From assembly GCF_963853765.1 (NCBI RefSeq), contig NC_088858.1, positions 10,726,001 through 10,790,000 on the forward strand: a stretch of 64,000 bases of DNA, given 5' to 3'. Position 1 is the first letter of the stretch. Each line of letters opens with the position of its first letter. A model generated the notes under the pieces. It saw only the letters and a program-made list of their open reading frames with translations. It did no database searches and had not been told where the DNA came from. Both the position numbers and the translations under genes were made by a program. The stretch comes from Magallana gigas (Eukaryota). Shown piece after piece: positions 48,301 to 60,032 of the stretch.

Positions 48301-51300
48301 AAATTATATTCTGTATTATTTTCTATAAGAACCTTTTTTAAAATCATAAAAATGACAACTGCAAATTAAAAATGCCTCACAATTTTCTCATTTTCACAAA
48401 TTTTGTGACACGCAAAAAAAAAGGGGATATACTGTAATTTATAATTTTCGGGTTGAGTTGCTTGCTTTCCACATCTCCAACTGTTTCTCTCATCACAAAC
48501 CATGGTCAATATGTAAAATATCTCATAACTTTTTACAACATTTGTCAAACCCAGTAAAGCATAGTCATAGTGACCTTTAATACAACCTTTGATAACCAAA
48601 TTGCAATTAATATAAAATATCATAATTCTGGCTAATACAGTAACAGTGCATGGTTTATTAAGTTAAACAAATACTTTAGGTGCTTAGGCAGCACTGGAAA
48701 GTAGAGACTTGGCTTGACACGATGAACTCTTACCTTTGACCTTTGGGACATTTCCCAGTCACTCCCAGATTCCTCCAGGCCGCTGATCTGGAAGTCGCTG
48801 TCCTGGTTCTTGTCCGAGTCATCTTCTTCCTCTTCCTCTGGCTCAGACATGTCATCTGGGGCCACAAAGTCATCCACTGCAAAAACATACATGTACACAC
48901 CATATTCAAAGAGAGTAAACACATCATGTTCATAGAGATTAAACACATCACGTTCATAGAGAGTAAAAGTCTTCATAGAGAGTAAATGTTTTATGTTCAT
49001 AGAGAGTAAACATCATATTCAAAGAGAGTATAGACATCATGTTCGTTGAGAGTAAACACGTCATGTTCATAGAGAGTAAACACATCATGTTCATAGAGAG
49101 TAAACACATCATGTTCATAGAGAGTAAACACATCATGTTCATAGAGAGTAAACACTTCATGTCCATAGAGAGTAAACACATCATGTTCATAGAGAGTAAA
49201 CACATCATGTTTATATTGAGTAAACATTTTATGTTTATAGAGAGTAAACACATCATGTTCAAAGAGAGTAAACACATCATATTCAAAGAGAGTAAACACG
49301 TCATGTTCATAGAGTAAATACTTAACAATAAAAGTGTGTTAAGAAGTGGGGAGGAAACATAGTTTCAAAGGATTAGTTTAGTTTCTGTATGAACTTATTG
49401 AGAATTTTGCTTTAGTAATGTTTTTACTGTATGAATATATAATGAATTTTTCTTGTACTATTAACTTAATATAACCATAAGTATGCATAGTGAGATTTAG
49501 AGATACAATCAACGATGTTGATTGTGTGTCTTTGATAATGGATGACTTTCCTCTTTCCTGAGGTCTATTTCAAACTTACCATAGCTCCCACGTTTACAGG
49601 CAGCGGACCGCGAGGGACGCCCACTCTTATTAGAGCCCTGATCATTCCTCCTCCCTCTGCCCTTCTTTGGCTTGACTTCTTCTTCCTCCTCCTCCTCAGA
49701 TTCCTCGCTTTGCTCCTCTTCTCCACTGGATTCTGCATACTTGGACTTCTTTGCTTCTCTAAAAATCAATATACATATTCTTTTATTTTTAGATGTCAGT
49801 TGCTTTGGAAAATCGTACTACATATCTTTATACCAACTTTGTAAATCTAAAGATGATAGTTTTAAAAATGCATCTCAAACTAATTTATCCTTTGTTAAAC
49901 AACAATATGCAACATAACAGGGAAAAAAACATGTAAAATGGAACATTTTGTTGTATTTTGATGATTTTTTAAAAATAAATACACATCTAGAAAACATATT
50001 GTATTCATAACTGTTACAAATGTAAAAACAAAACATCAATTTATATAAACATGTTCACACACATGTTGTCAGTGTTGATATACTGAATTTGTTCTCACCT
50101 TTTAGGTTTTTCTATTTTGGTAGGTCGCCCTCGACTTTTGCTTTTTGGCTTGACCTCTTCCTCAGATTCTTCCTCATCCCAGTCATTGTCTGATTCCACT
50201 TTCTTCTTTTTGGGTGGAGCTGTAAAGTTTGTGACATTACAGAAAACTGATTTGCTGTTGAATACATAGCTTGTTCAAGGTGTAAAGGATAAAGGATATG
50301 TCACTTGCATAAATTCATTTATGGCTGAATGATTTTGTGTTTATTAATGTCCTATTTATAAATTTTCACCAGTATCTGAGAAAAGTTTCAAATTGGCACC
50401 ACCAATATAGGCAGCTGAACACTGAAGAATCTTTTGTATTCGGAACCTCATTGTTTAAGGTTTTCACTTAAAAACAATCAATTTATGGGTGCTTCAGAAG
50501 GGTAGATACATGTTCTTTGTCAATTAAGTTTATTATGGATTTAAATGGATACATTTGTCTCCTTCAACACATGAAAAGAGCTGAGACAATATGATCAATT
50601 TGTGATGATAATTCTGGCAACTCAATTCCTTTTTTATGAAAAAAAAGTAATCTCTATCTGTTAAATTTGATATAAGACAGTATGCAGAACTGTTTGTTTT
50701 CTAATTGGAGAGCATGGCTATCTTTTTGCCTTGTTTAATAATTACCAAAAATAAGTACATGTAATTTGTTCATGCATTATAAGTGTCAAAATTCAAACAT
50801 ATGAACAAACTGGGTTTTTTTGTCTCTAAGGGAAGGGGGAAGTATACCTGCAGGTTTAGAGGGGGTTTTACTGCTGGCTTTAGGGGCTTTGGAGGCTTTG
50901 GTGGCTGAAGATCCAGCCATTTCTACCATCCAGTTTGGAAGTACCCTCTTCTTTTTTGCTGGTGAACTTAAAATGTCTTTTTCCTCCTCTTTAACATCTA
51001 ATGTTTCCTTCGGCTAAAAAATTATTCAATATCAACAAAACCACATGAAAAACACCTAAAGATTATTTTGACAATTTGCATTTGTGTAGGAATGTAAGTT
51101 TTAAATTTTGTGTACCTTCTTTGATTTCTCTTCACCTGAAATAAACATTATCAAAAAATGAATTAAGAATTCAATACAACAAAACATCATGAAAACTGAG
51201 ATCACAACCTTCATGTAAAAATATTTTATTCGGAGGTCCCTGAAACGTTACAACATTTTTCTTTAGGAGGAGGAATAAAGGGAAAATTTTAAATGCAGTG

Positions 51301-54300
51301 TATTCAGTTAACTGTACCAGTAGCTTAAATTACAAGACTACCAGATGAAGTGAGGCTAGAATCAAGAAGAACTTTTGTAATTTAATAAATTATTTGAGTA
51401 TACCCGGTACACTTAAGAAATAAACAACGTTATTTAGTGAACATGGCGTTATGAAAGGCAATTGCTCTGTTGGCATATTCCATGATGCGCACTAGCGCAT
51501 CATGGAAAATATGCCAGCAGAGCAGTTGCTATTCATTACGCCATGTTCACTAAATAATCGTTGTTTATTACTTATATTTGCATTTTACCACTCACAAATA
51601 CCTTGTATTAGCCTAGACCTTGACATACAGGTATTGCATCAAAAATAAACATTCAGACTGTAATGTATCTTTTTAATTCACACAGATTTGTTAACAGAAT
51701 CAATGACATGTTGTCTCAGTAATTCCTTTAAAATGTTATTATAAGACATGTTTTAATTAAATACATCAATTATATGGAGTTGGAAAAAAACACATGATAT
51801 ATCCTATGGTAGTGGTTTAAATCTATAACGTCATGGAAAAGTATATGACGTCACACCTTTATGACGTCATAGTATACAGACAGAGCAATTGCGATTATAG
51901 AAAAATAATTGCAGTTCCTCAGTATGGACTTACAGTGGGAAAGAACAATGGATACGCAAATATAAATATTTGCATATAGCTTATGCAAATATAATTTCAT
52001 ATGCAAATGTACTTGCTTGTTTTCATATAATTAAAAGTAACAAATGATCACTTACCATTATGTTCTGATGGCTCCTCAACATCAGACATTTCTTTTTCTT
52101 CACTAAAGTTTTCAAATATATTTAAAACATATTATCAAACAAATCTATACAAAAAATACCAGAGAAGGATTTTACTACTGTCTTATTAAATGTTTACGAT
52201 TCAGTGTACTCTAATAGTTGCAAGAGAGAAATATTGTAAACTTTACAAAATTTCTTAAGCATAACACATGAATAATAAAATATGCATGTATATAAGCCCA
52301 GGGGTCAGTTAACAATGAAAGAGTAGGGTACATGCAGTTTCTACCCTTCTCTGGAAGTTTACAAAAATCCATCTATTCAACATATCATGGGAAATATCAG
52401 ACAAATGAAATTTCACTGCAACATTATTTTTTTATCTAAGTTTTTGTTTTTTCTGACAAATAAAGGAATGAAGTACAAAAGTTTAGGGCTCTAAGATTTT
52501 TATAATTATTGAATACTGGTACTCAACAATTCACAATGGTTTGAATGAATGGTCAAACATCTGTTTAAAATGAAGGAGTTCTTGCTATAAAGAATGGGAT
52601 GCAGTTTTTAAATTTTTCTGTACAAAATCAATAGGCCACTAAGCTCACTTTGCACAGCACCGACAAGAGGCACTCACTACTAATATGAACATTTTGTAAT
52701 AACTTCTACTTTATAATAAATATTCATGTTATTTAGATATTAAGTTTACCATTAATGCAATGCAAAACCCAGTGATAGGACATGAGCCCTTGGCAATACT
52801 TGAGTAATATTGCATCTAAAATGATTTGTAAATACATGTACTAAGTATACCAATAATATACCTGTACAGCATTAATCAAAAAAAGCATTTGTAAAATGTT
52901 GTTGAAAACAACAATTCAAAACAAAATTTTTTTAAAAAATGACCTTTTTGTAGTTCCATTAGGTACATCGTACATGACTTTGAAAAACAGTCGATCCCTA
53001 AGTAAGCCAAATGTCTCATCATTTTCCATCAACTTTTTCTGATCTTTTATCATGGGCACTATTCCTCCATCCTTACGCAGAAAGCAGGGATTACTGTGTG
53101 TCTGTATTTGCCAAAAAAGAAGAGATATTGAGTATTGTTTACTTAAAATACTCTTAAAGTTGAACAGTTAAAAATTGAAAAAGGATATTAATATGAAGTT
53201 TTTTTTTACTATTAACTTAAATCTTATATATAAATTTCAGATGGGCCTATTCATTATTTTCATCACCTATCAACAAACAAAGGGTTCGCAAATTTTTTCA
53301 CTAATACTTTTCTTACTTACAGGTGTCAAATATAATTTCCCGTCTTCCAATTCCAAAATGCCATGATTCCGAGACACTCTTTTATCTACAACCTGAAAGA
53401 AACATTCAATCTTATTAAAATTGTTTTCAACTAATGCATCATCAGTGGAAAATCAGAAAATGTCTATAAAACAAATATATTCTATTTTTCAATTGCTTAA
53501 ATACATAAAATTTTACTTTAGCAACGAATATTTTGCTTTGGAATGGTTTTCAGATGTAAGAGAATGAAAAAAATAATGATAAATCAGCCAGAATGCTAAC
53601 CCAGGCCCCCTGATTTCTCTAGTCAAATGCTTTACTATACTGTGTCCCGAGTTTTTGCTTCCACCACTTTTCGCTTGATATTTCGATAATCATAAACACC
53701 TTTGTGCTCAAACTACATTCATTCACTAATATGAAAAATGTCCAGATTCTCTATTTTGAAACACCCCCTTTACCACTGCAGGTTCCAATACACAACCCAA
53801 ATTAGAAAGTCTACAGGGATTTTGCATTGCATCAGCCATAATGAAGCCCAGATGATAATATTGAAAAACTGTGCAAGGTATTCCGAGTGAGTTACAAATG
53901 GTTAAAAGATGTAAAAATTTCCCATTATAAATCTCCATAAGTAATTTGATTTCGTTCCTGTGAACTTTTATGACTGAAAAATGATATTATGTCAATGAAG
54001 ATATTTTGGACATTTTTCCTTTTATCGTTTTCATATGCATTTCTTTCACAGGTATGAGTGTTTTTATCTAAAATCATCAAAAAGCGATGGAACCAATAAC
54101 TTGGGACGGACTATCACTGAACTAAGCTATCCGGCCCTGGTGATCGAACTATGTGGCCGTACCTCACACAAACATGTTACTGTAGAGAATGGCATAATCA
54201 GAGCCAAGGCATCAACTGACAGACTATAGGAAGACAACCCAGAGGACACACTTAAGAATACCCATTATTGTTTACATTGAGAATAACTTATGAACTGAGG

Positions 54301-54703
54301 TTCCTATATGACATATGTGTACACTAGATTGAGACAAAACGGTTAGAATTTCATGTTACCAAACTACTACATATATATTTGCTGTGATTTTTGGCATGAG
54401 AACAATCAATGTAATAAAAATAATTATGCATTAAAAAAAACCAACATTTTGTTAGGGTACACATCTTTTTACCATGCAGGTTACTATATAAAGTACCTGG
54501 CTAAAATCTGCCCAATACTTATACAAAGAAGATTCTATATCTATTTACTGTAAATACTAATGCAAAAATAATGATCAAGCATGCATTAGTGTCAGAAAAT
54601 TCCTACAACATACATTAAGGAATGCACCACGGCCAATGACCGTCTTTCCGACAGGAACTTCTATCAGGTCCCCTTCGTCTGGCTTCAGCTTTATCGACGT
54701 CAT
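45337..54703 (-). CDS. APLF: Aprataxin and PNK-like factor (FHA, Ku-binding motif, PBZ, acidic histone-chaperone tail; ~636 aa)
   Basis: 14 exons (54703-54614, 53392-53321, 53101-52944, 52102-52056, 51135-51116, 51013-50848, 50219-50099, 49758-49580, 48876-48734, 48117-47880, 47798-47513, 47301-47197, 46528-46461, 45554-45337; 1911 nt, in frame). FHA: TVIGRGAFLNVVDKRVSRNHGIL..HSNPCF. KBM: KKRVLPNWM. PBZ: CQFGKKCYRKNPVHFKDYCHP. Tail: PNTYDYNDSFIDD..DLRKEAGKFMKNK. Confidence 0.92.
46724..46924. mobile_element. Degraded Tc1/mariner-type MITE
   Basis: TA|CTGTGG ... CCACAG|TA ends with an internal layout like the 18136-18342 MITE. Confidence 0.55.
48900..49318. repeat. 24-bp minisatellite (~17 copies) in an APLF intron
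   Basis: The unit ATAGAGAGTAAACACATCATGTTC is repeated head to tail without spacers. Confidence 0.92.
51414..51574. repeat. Long imperfect hairpin (~75-bp arms) in an APLF intron
   Basis: TAAGAAATAAACAACG..CATGATGCGC-ACTA-GCGCATCATG..CGTTGTTTATTACTTA. Confidence 0.8.
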
Positions 54704-56512
54704 TACGACCGTTGCGATGTTTGCAGGCTTTAACGAATCAGAGAAGTGGAAGGATAAAGATGACAAATACGATTTATCACCTATCAAATATTCATTTGTA
54801 TTTTTATGAACAAATAGTATCAATGTGCTTAACTACAATGCATTTTGTGCATTATATGCACAAATATTAAAACTGTTCCATGACGCTATTTTTCTTCAAA
54901 TTGCTTTCGATACCAAGTTGACCTTTAATTGCAAAAGAGTTCTTATTTCATTTTACCCGATCCCGATTCATTTTTTTCTAAAGACATTTCTAAATGCCCT
55001 CTTTTTATAATGTGGTTTGGGGCATCTGTCGATATTAGTGTAGATTTAAGTACATACTAATAAAAATACTTTCACCGGTTTAGAGTTTCCAAATTTTACA
55101 GCATTATACTAAAGATACATTTAAAATATTTTGGGAAAAATAAAATAATTTTTTTTTTTATAAAATCCTCAGAGGGATTCGAAATCATGACTATCAGTTT
55201 TGTAGTGAACCATCTATCCCACTGCGCTACGCTGTTAGACAACTGTTTATGGAAAGACACTATATATATAAAATAACACCTAGTTTTATTGTTTATTTCG
55301 TTAAATAACATAAATAATACGCCACAACATGGAGGTATCTCATACCACCTTAATTCGAGTCATTAATTTAAATTAATCTAACCCGTATAGTTTTCTTTTT
55401 AACTAGAATAAATTAAAATGATATAAAGATTTGTATTTGAAAATGTTTTAAAACTTGAAAAATCATAATGTAAATCATGCTCCCTAACTTCACGTGTATA
55501 TAGTTACCGATCGTCAGTTACAGTTTATATTTGTCAAATATATGCATGGTTTAAGAATATAAATGACAGTCAGTCATGGTTGACCGAAATCTAACATTTA
55601 ATGAAACTAAGATTTACCATTCTTAAATGTTGTTCCTCATGTAAATCAAAGTTTACAGGTGTTAAAGTATACCAGCATACTTTATTGTGAACTTTTCCTC
55701 CGAACCAATAGCTATGACGTACATATATACAGAAGCATTTTATCCATAAATTACATACAGTAGGTTGATTCTAAAGAAATGTCACAGGTTCAATGAATGC
55801 AGTGGCGTCGAAAGCAAATTGAAAGGGGGGGGGGGGGGGGGCTAGAATTATAAAATATTTTGACAAGCCAAAAAAAAGGTCTAAAGGTCTTTGGTTATGG
55901 CTAACCCCCCCCCCCCCCCCGGTTCCGAGGTCTATATGATGTATTTGTGACTTTTGGATCAACCATCGTACTCTGAACATGGATCGAACAGCAGGCAAAA
56001 AAAATAGTCTATATTCGTTTTCTCTATAAGACTTCATTTAAGTTAGTCAGTATACTGTAATAAAAACGGCTAAATATAGTTTTAGATGGAGTTAGTTGCT
56101 CATTTTAGTGAATAAATGAAAATGGATAAAAATATCTTATAGCACATATGTTGCATGCAAATGAATTCAATAAATTGCTAATAGTATGTACTAGTATGCA
56201 GTTAAAGTATAGAAATGTAACATGTATGTAGGCAATAGGTAATGGTTTCTGGATCAGGTTCAATTTGTAATCAGTAATCGTAATCACTTTTAAATATACA
56301 ATAGAACCATTTTAACAAGACCTTGGACTGTTAGTAGGACGTAGCTATCTATTCCTTGCGTCAAAACAAGTTAAGAATGACGCGGTTTCAAGCGAAATAT
56401 GCAGCGATTGCGTAGTCTTAACTCAAAAGCCAGACAAATCTGGTTGATTTCAGAGAGCCTTGGCCGAGCTCTATCAAAATCATGTTTCATAAAAGTCCTG
56501 TTATCGTCATTA

Positions 56513-57772
56513 AACCCCTGTCACACCAAAGCTACGTCCCCACGGCGATGCCGCTGCGTCCTTAAATAATGTAAAACGCCAAGGTTAACGCAGTAGAGTC
56601 TCCTACAGCGCCGTAACAACGCAACGGCATCTTCGTTCGTCGCAGTGGGATCGCCTAGAACATTTTAGAACGCCATGCGACGGTGCGCACTTTGAACATG
56701 CACAAAGTACGCGCCGTGGCTCTGCGTTCTGATATACACGTCATAGAAACGGAGTGAGGTCGCCGTGACAGCGCCGTAAGGTCTCCAACAGCGCCACGAA
56801 AGCTCCGTTGGCACGCTCAATGAACGCAGCTAATCGCAGTGTTAAGTCAATTGCGCTTGCACGGAGACCTCTCGGAATCCTTTGGGATCTCACTGCGTCT
56901 CTATCGCGCTCTCACAGCGTATCCACAGCGTTTGAACAAGTTGTTTTTCATTTGGCTGCGTTCACACAGCGACCCCAAAGAGTTGTTGCTGCGTTCATCG
57001 CGCTCTCTTGAAGTTTCTTCTGCGTTTATTAGCGTTTGTACCGCGCTCCCACGACGTCTCTAGTGCGTTGTCATCCAGACCACGAAAACTATAACAATGG
57101 ATGTTGTACAATAGCAAGCGATGTAGTAATTATCAAACTGGACGTGGGTGACTATGTAAAAAGTAGCATTTGGTAATATTACAGGACCTATCAAAGGAAT
57201 TCATGCCATTTGGTTTTTCTGATGTTTTCACATCTTTTCTGTATTTTCTAACAACTAAATGTAATAACGGGACATTTTTGTAGACCTGGCTACAAAGAGT
57301 ATTGTTCTAGTCCTTCACAATTATTTAGAAGTAGTTACTTTTCATTACAATGTACCTATTCATCAAAACAAAACACCTTTTTATCGTTTATTTACTAGTT
57401 GTAAATTCTTGTTTGTTTCCCGTACAATTGTACAAATTAACATTAACCTACCAAGAAGTAAAGAACGTCTTGTGAACGCTGTCAGCGCGCGGCGCACGCC
57501 GTGGACGCGCGGTAAAAACTCCTAGCACGTCATGAGCGCTCGGCGAATACTCGGTGAGAGCGCAGTCAAGTAGAACTGTGGAAACGCAGTTACACGCCGT
57601 GGGAGCTCCGTAAGAACGTCCCAGTCGCAGTCAGGACGCCGTGACATCTCCACTTGTAAAATTTTCAAATAAAATTGTACATTTTTTCTGAATTTTCCTT
57701 GCGATCCTACGGCGATGCCATGAATTTTAAAACGCCGCGAACACGCCGTGGGAACTTGGTGTGACAGGGCCT
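56513..57772. mobile_element. Non-autonomous PIF/Harbinger-like element
   Basis: TIRs A(A/G)(C/G)CCCTGTCACACC..CCCACGGCG at both ends. TTA direct repeat at 56510-56512 and 57773-57775. GC-rich subterminal arms surround an AT-rich core. Confidence 0.82.
57078..57240 (+). pseudogene. Putative frameshifted C1q-domain gene fragment inside the Harbinger-like element
   Basis: Translates DHENYNNGCCTIASDVVIIKLDVGDYVK, then after an apparent 1-nt frameshift VAFGNITGPIKGIH, and in another frame GFS. This resembles the last strands of globular C1q domains (S..V.L.L..GD.V.V...G...GFSG). Confidence 0.45.
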
Positions 57773-58253
57773 TTACATTTCAATGTTTTAGCTAGAAAAT
57801 GTACCTGTTTACACAGTTTGACTTCACAAATAATACTTAGTAAGCAAATTGATTTTGTCACAGGTAATTAATCCAATTTAGTTGTCTTCTTTATTCATTT
57901 TGAAAAATAGATATATAAAATAATTTCTATTCTGGAACTGTCCATGAAAGGAGCCTGATGTTTGGAACATATATTGAACAACATATTGAGGTTCTTGAAT
58001 ACCAGTACATGAACTTGATTTTTGTATATAGCAGTTTTGTCAGAAGTACACACAGGTAAAAGTTAATTAAACATTGTGTAAACATTTTTATTAACAACTG
58101 AATATAGAGAATGATATAGGGAATGCACAGATAGTATATAAAATTGCTGATATGTGTACTGAAAATTTGATAATATACCCATATAAATTGTAAAATTGTT
58201 ATTCAGTTTTTTCATTCACACGTGAATTGACAAATAGTGTACAAAGCATGTTT

Positions 58254-59729
58254 CTAATAAACTGAGACCCCATTGGGATATTTAGGATTGTCAATTGCAC
58301 CTTGTCCAAATTTTAATTCTAAGAATTCTTGTACATGGTTTGGGGCCGACACATTTTTCCCAATGAATGCTATGGTGGACAGTGGTTTAAGGAAATGCTC
58401 AGGAAATTCAACATCCTGTTTATGACTTTTAAACCAAAAATCTTTTGTCATAATGCCATTTTTGGAATAAAATGGAAATATCTGGATATAATTTCTATTT
58501 GTTACACTGTAAAACACACGATAAAATTCTCCCTCTTCTGCTTTTTCCCATAAGAACCCCTTTTTATCAACGAACTCATAATTGCCTGTTTTCACCAATT
58601 GCTGACATTTTTGAATGTCTTCCATATAAATTCCAATGTCTACACTGATATCCCATGGAATAATGTCCCCTGAGCGAGCAGCACCAAGAAGGCTTCCTCC
58701 TTCCAGCCAATATCTCATACTGTAATTGCTAAATATATCAAATACATACTCTGCTGTTTCACGCAGAGCTTTTAAACAGCAGGGAGGGGTCCACTTTCCT
58801 CTGTGTAGAAAGTCTGGAATGTCATTGATCAAACTATAACATTGCTCAGAATCTCTGTTGCACCCGTAATAAAACTTCTTTTCATGGTCAGCATCAGTTT
58901 TATACACAACTTCTTTAATTTTGAATTTCCTGAGTAAACTGTCCTCCCTTTTCTTCTTTTCATGTTGGAATTTCTTCATGCTGCTTGGATTTTTGAACCC
59001 TTTTCTGGGTACAAACACCACAGGGGTATACACAAAAGATTTCCATCTTCTAACAACAAATTGCATATATATGGACCATGTTAATGGCACTGACCATGGA
59101 CTTGGAAGCATTGACAATGTTTCTGTGCGAATTAGAATTGCTTGATCCCCTTCTATGTAATCACAATGCCCTTCTGATCCATCAAATGTTGTAATTTTCA
59201 TTCGCCATCTTTGTAAATTGATATGCATTCCTGTGCATCTCAGATTGTCATTGCCTGTTTTCACTGCAAATGCCTGAGAAAATTTGGAATGGAAGAAGTC
59301 TTCAATAAGTCGTTCAAATACACTTTTGTTGTGTATTCTTGTTCCATCTTGTAGAAAAATAACTAAATCGGATGAGATGGCATTCAGAATTTCAGTATCT
59401 GTTGAGATTTTACCATCCATTTCAAAGTCCAAAATAAATATAGATTGAACATCACTGTTTGAGAAATTCATCCTTGGATATGTAAGTTTGTCAGCAACAA
59501 TAAATATCGGCACATCATTCCCAAGCACTGTATGAATGTGACGAACAGTCTGTGGTACATCGTGATCAAATTCTTCAAACTCTCGAATCACCACAGTATA
59601 TGTGATTTTCTTCCTAACGTTGTCTGTGATTACCTTTTCTGTTTGAAGAAAACAGTAAAGAATAATCACAAATATGATGTTACATATTAACAGACATAAA
59701 ACAACTTTTTTCTTTCTAAAACACTTCAT
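58254..59729 (-). CDS. FKRP: Fukutin-related protein-like (LicD-family nucleotidyltransferase fold), type II membrane protein, 491 aa, single coding exon
   Basis: N-terminal TM segment, TYTVVIREFEEFDHDV stem, Zn-loop GCNRDSEQC..WTPPCCLKALRETA, RYWLEGGSLLGAAR.GDIIPWD, and QDVEFPEHFLKPL..FLELKFG.GAIDNPKYPN all match the recalled human FKRP. Confidence 0.9.
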   Translation of the reverse strand: MKCFRKKKVVLCLLICNIIFVIILYCFLQTEKVITDNVRKKITYTVVIREFEEFDHDVPQTVRHIHTVLGNDVPIFIVADKLTYPRMNFSNSDVQSIFILDFEMDGKISTDTEILNAISSDLVIFLQDGTRIHNKSVFERLIEDFFHSKFSQAFAVKTGNDNLRCTGMHINLQRWRMKITTFDGSEGHCDYIEGDQAILIRTETLSMLPSPWSVPLTWSIYMQFVVRRWKSFVYTPVVFVPRKGFKNPSSMKKFQHEKKKREDSLLRKFKIKEVVYKTDADHEKKFYYGCNRDSEQCYSLINDIPDFLHRGKWTPPCCLKALRETAEYVFDIFSNYSMRYWLEGGSLLGAARSGDIIPWDISVDIGIYMEDIQKCQQLVKTGNYEFVDKKGFLWEKAEEGEFYRVFYSVTNRNYIQIFPFYSKNGIMTKDFWFKSHKQDVEFPEHFLKPLSTIAFIGKNVSAPNHVQEFLELKFGQGAIDNPKYPNGVSVY

Positions 59730-60032
59730 GCTGAAAACTAAAGAGAAAGTAACTTATTGATAATGAAAGTTGAAAATGAAAGTAGAGGTAATTTTATTCA
59801 TGTGTGTTAATTTGAGTATGCACCTAAATACATTGTATATATGTGTATAAACACGCTTTCATTTCAACTATAATTCGAAAATTAAAAGAAAACAAAAAAC
59901 TTTAGTGAATTATAAGTTCGGGATCGACAGTTCAAAAATTCTGGAATCAGATGGACGCGGGAATTCAAAATAAAAAAATAAACGACTAAACTTTAACGAG
60001 ACAGATCTGATTTTATTTACACTTGTAGCGTC
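59730..60032. promoter_or_regulatory. Probable bidirectional promoter between the FKRP-like gene and PMF1
   Basis: Divergent ATGs at 59729 (-) and 60033 (+), about 303 bp apart. Confidence 0.55.

Noticed and set aside
48900-49318. Regular short repeat array as a possible CRISPR
   Set aside because: Head-to-tail 24-bp units without unique spacers, in a eukaryotic intron, with no cas genes.
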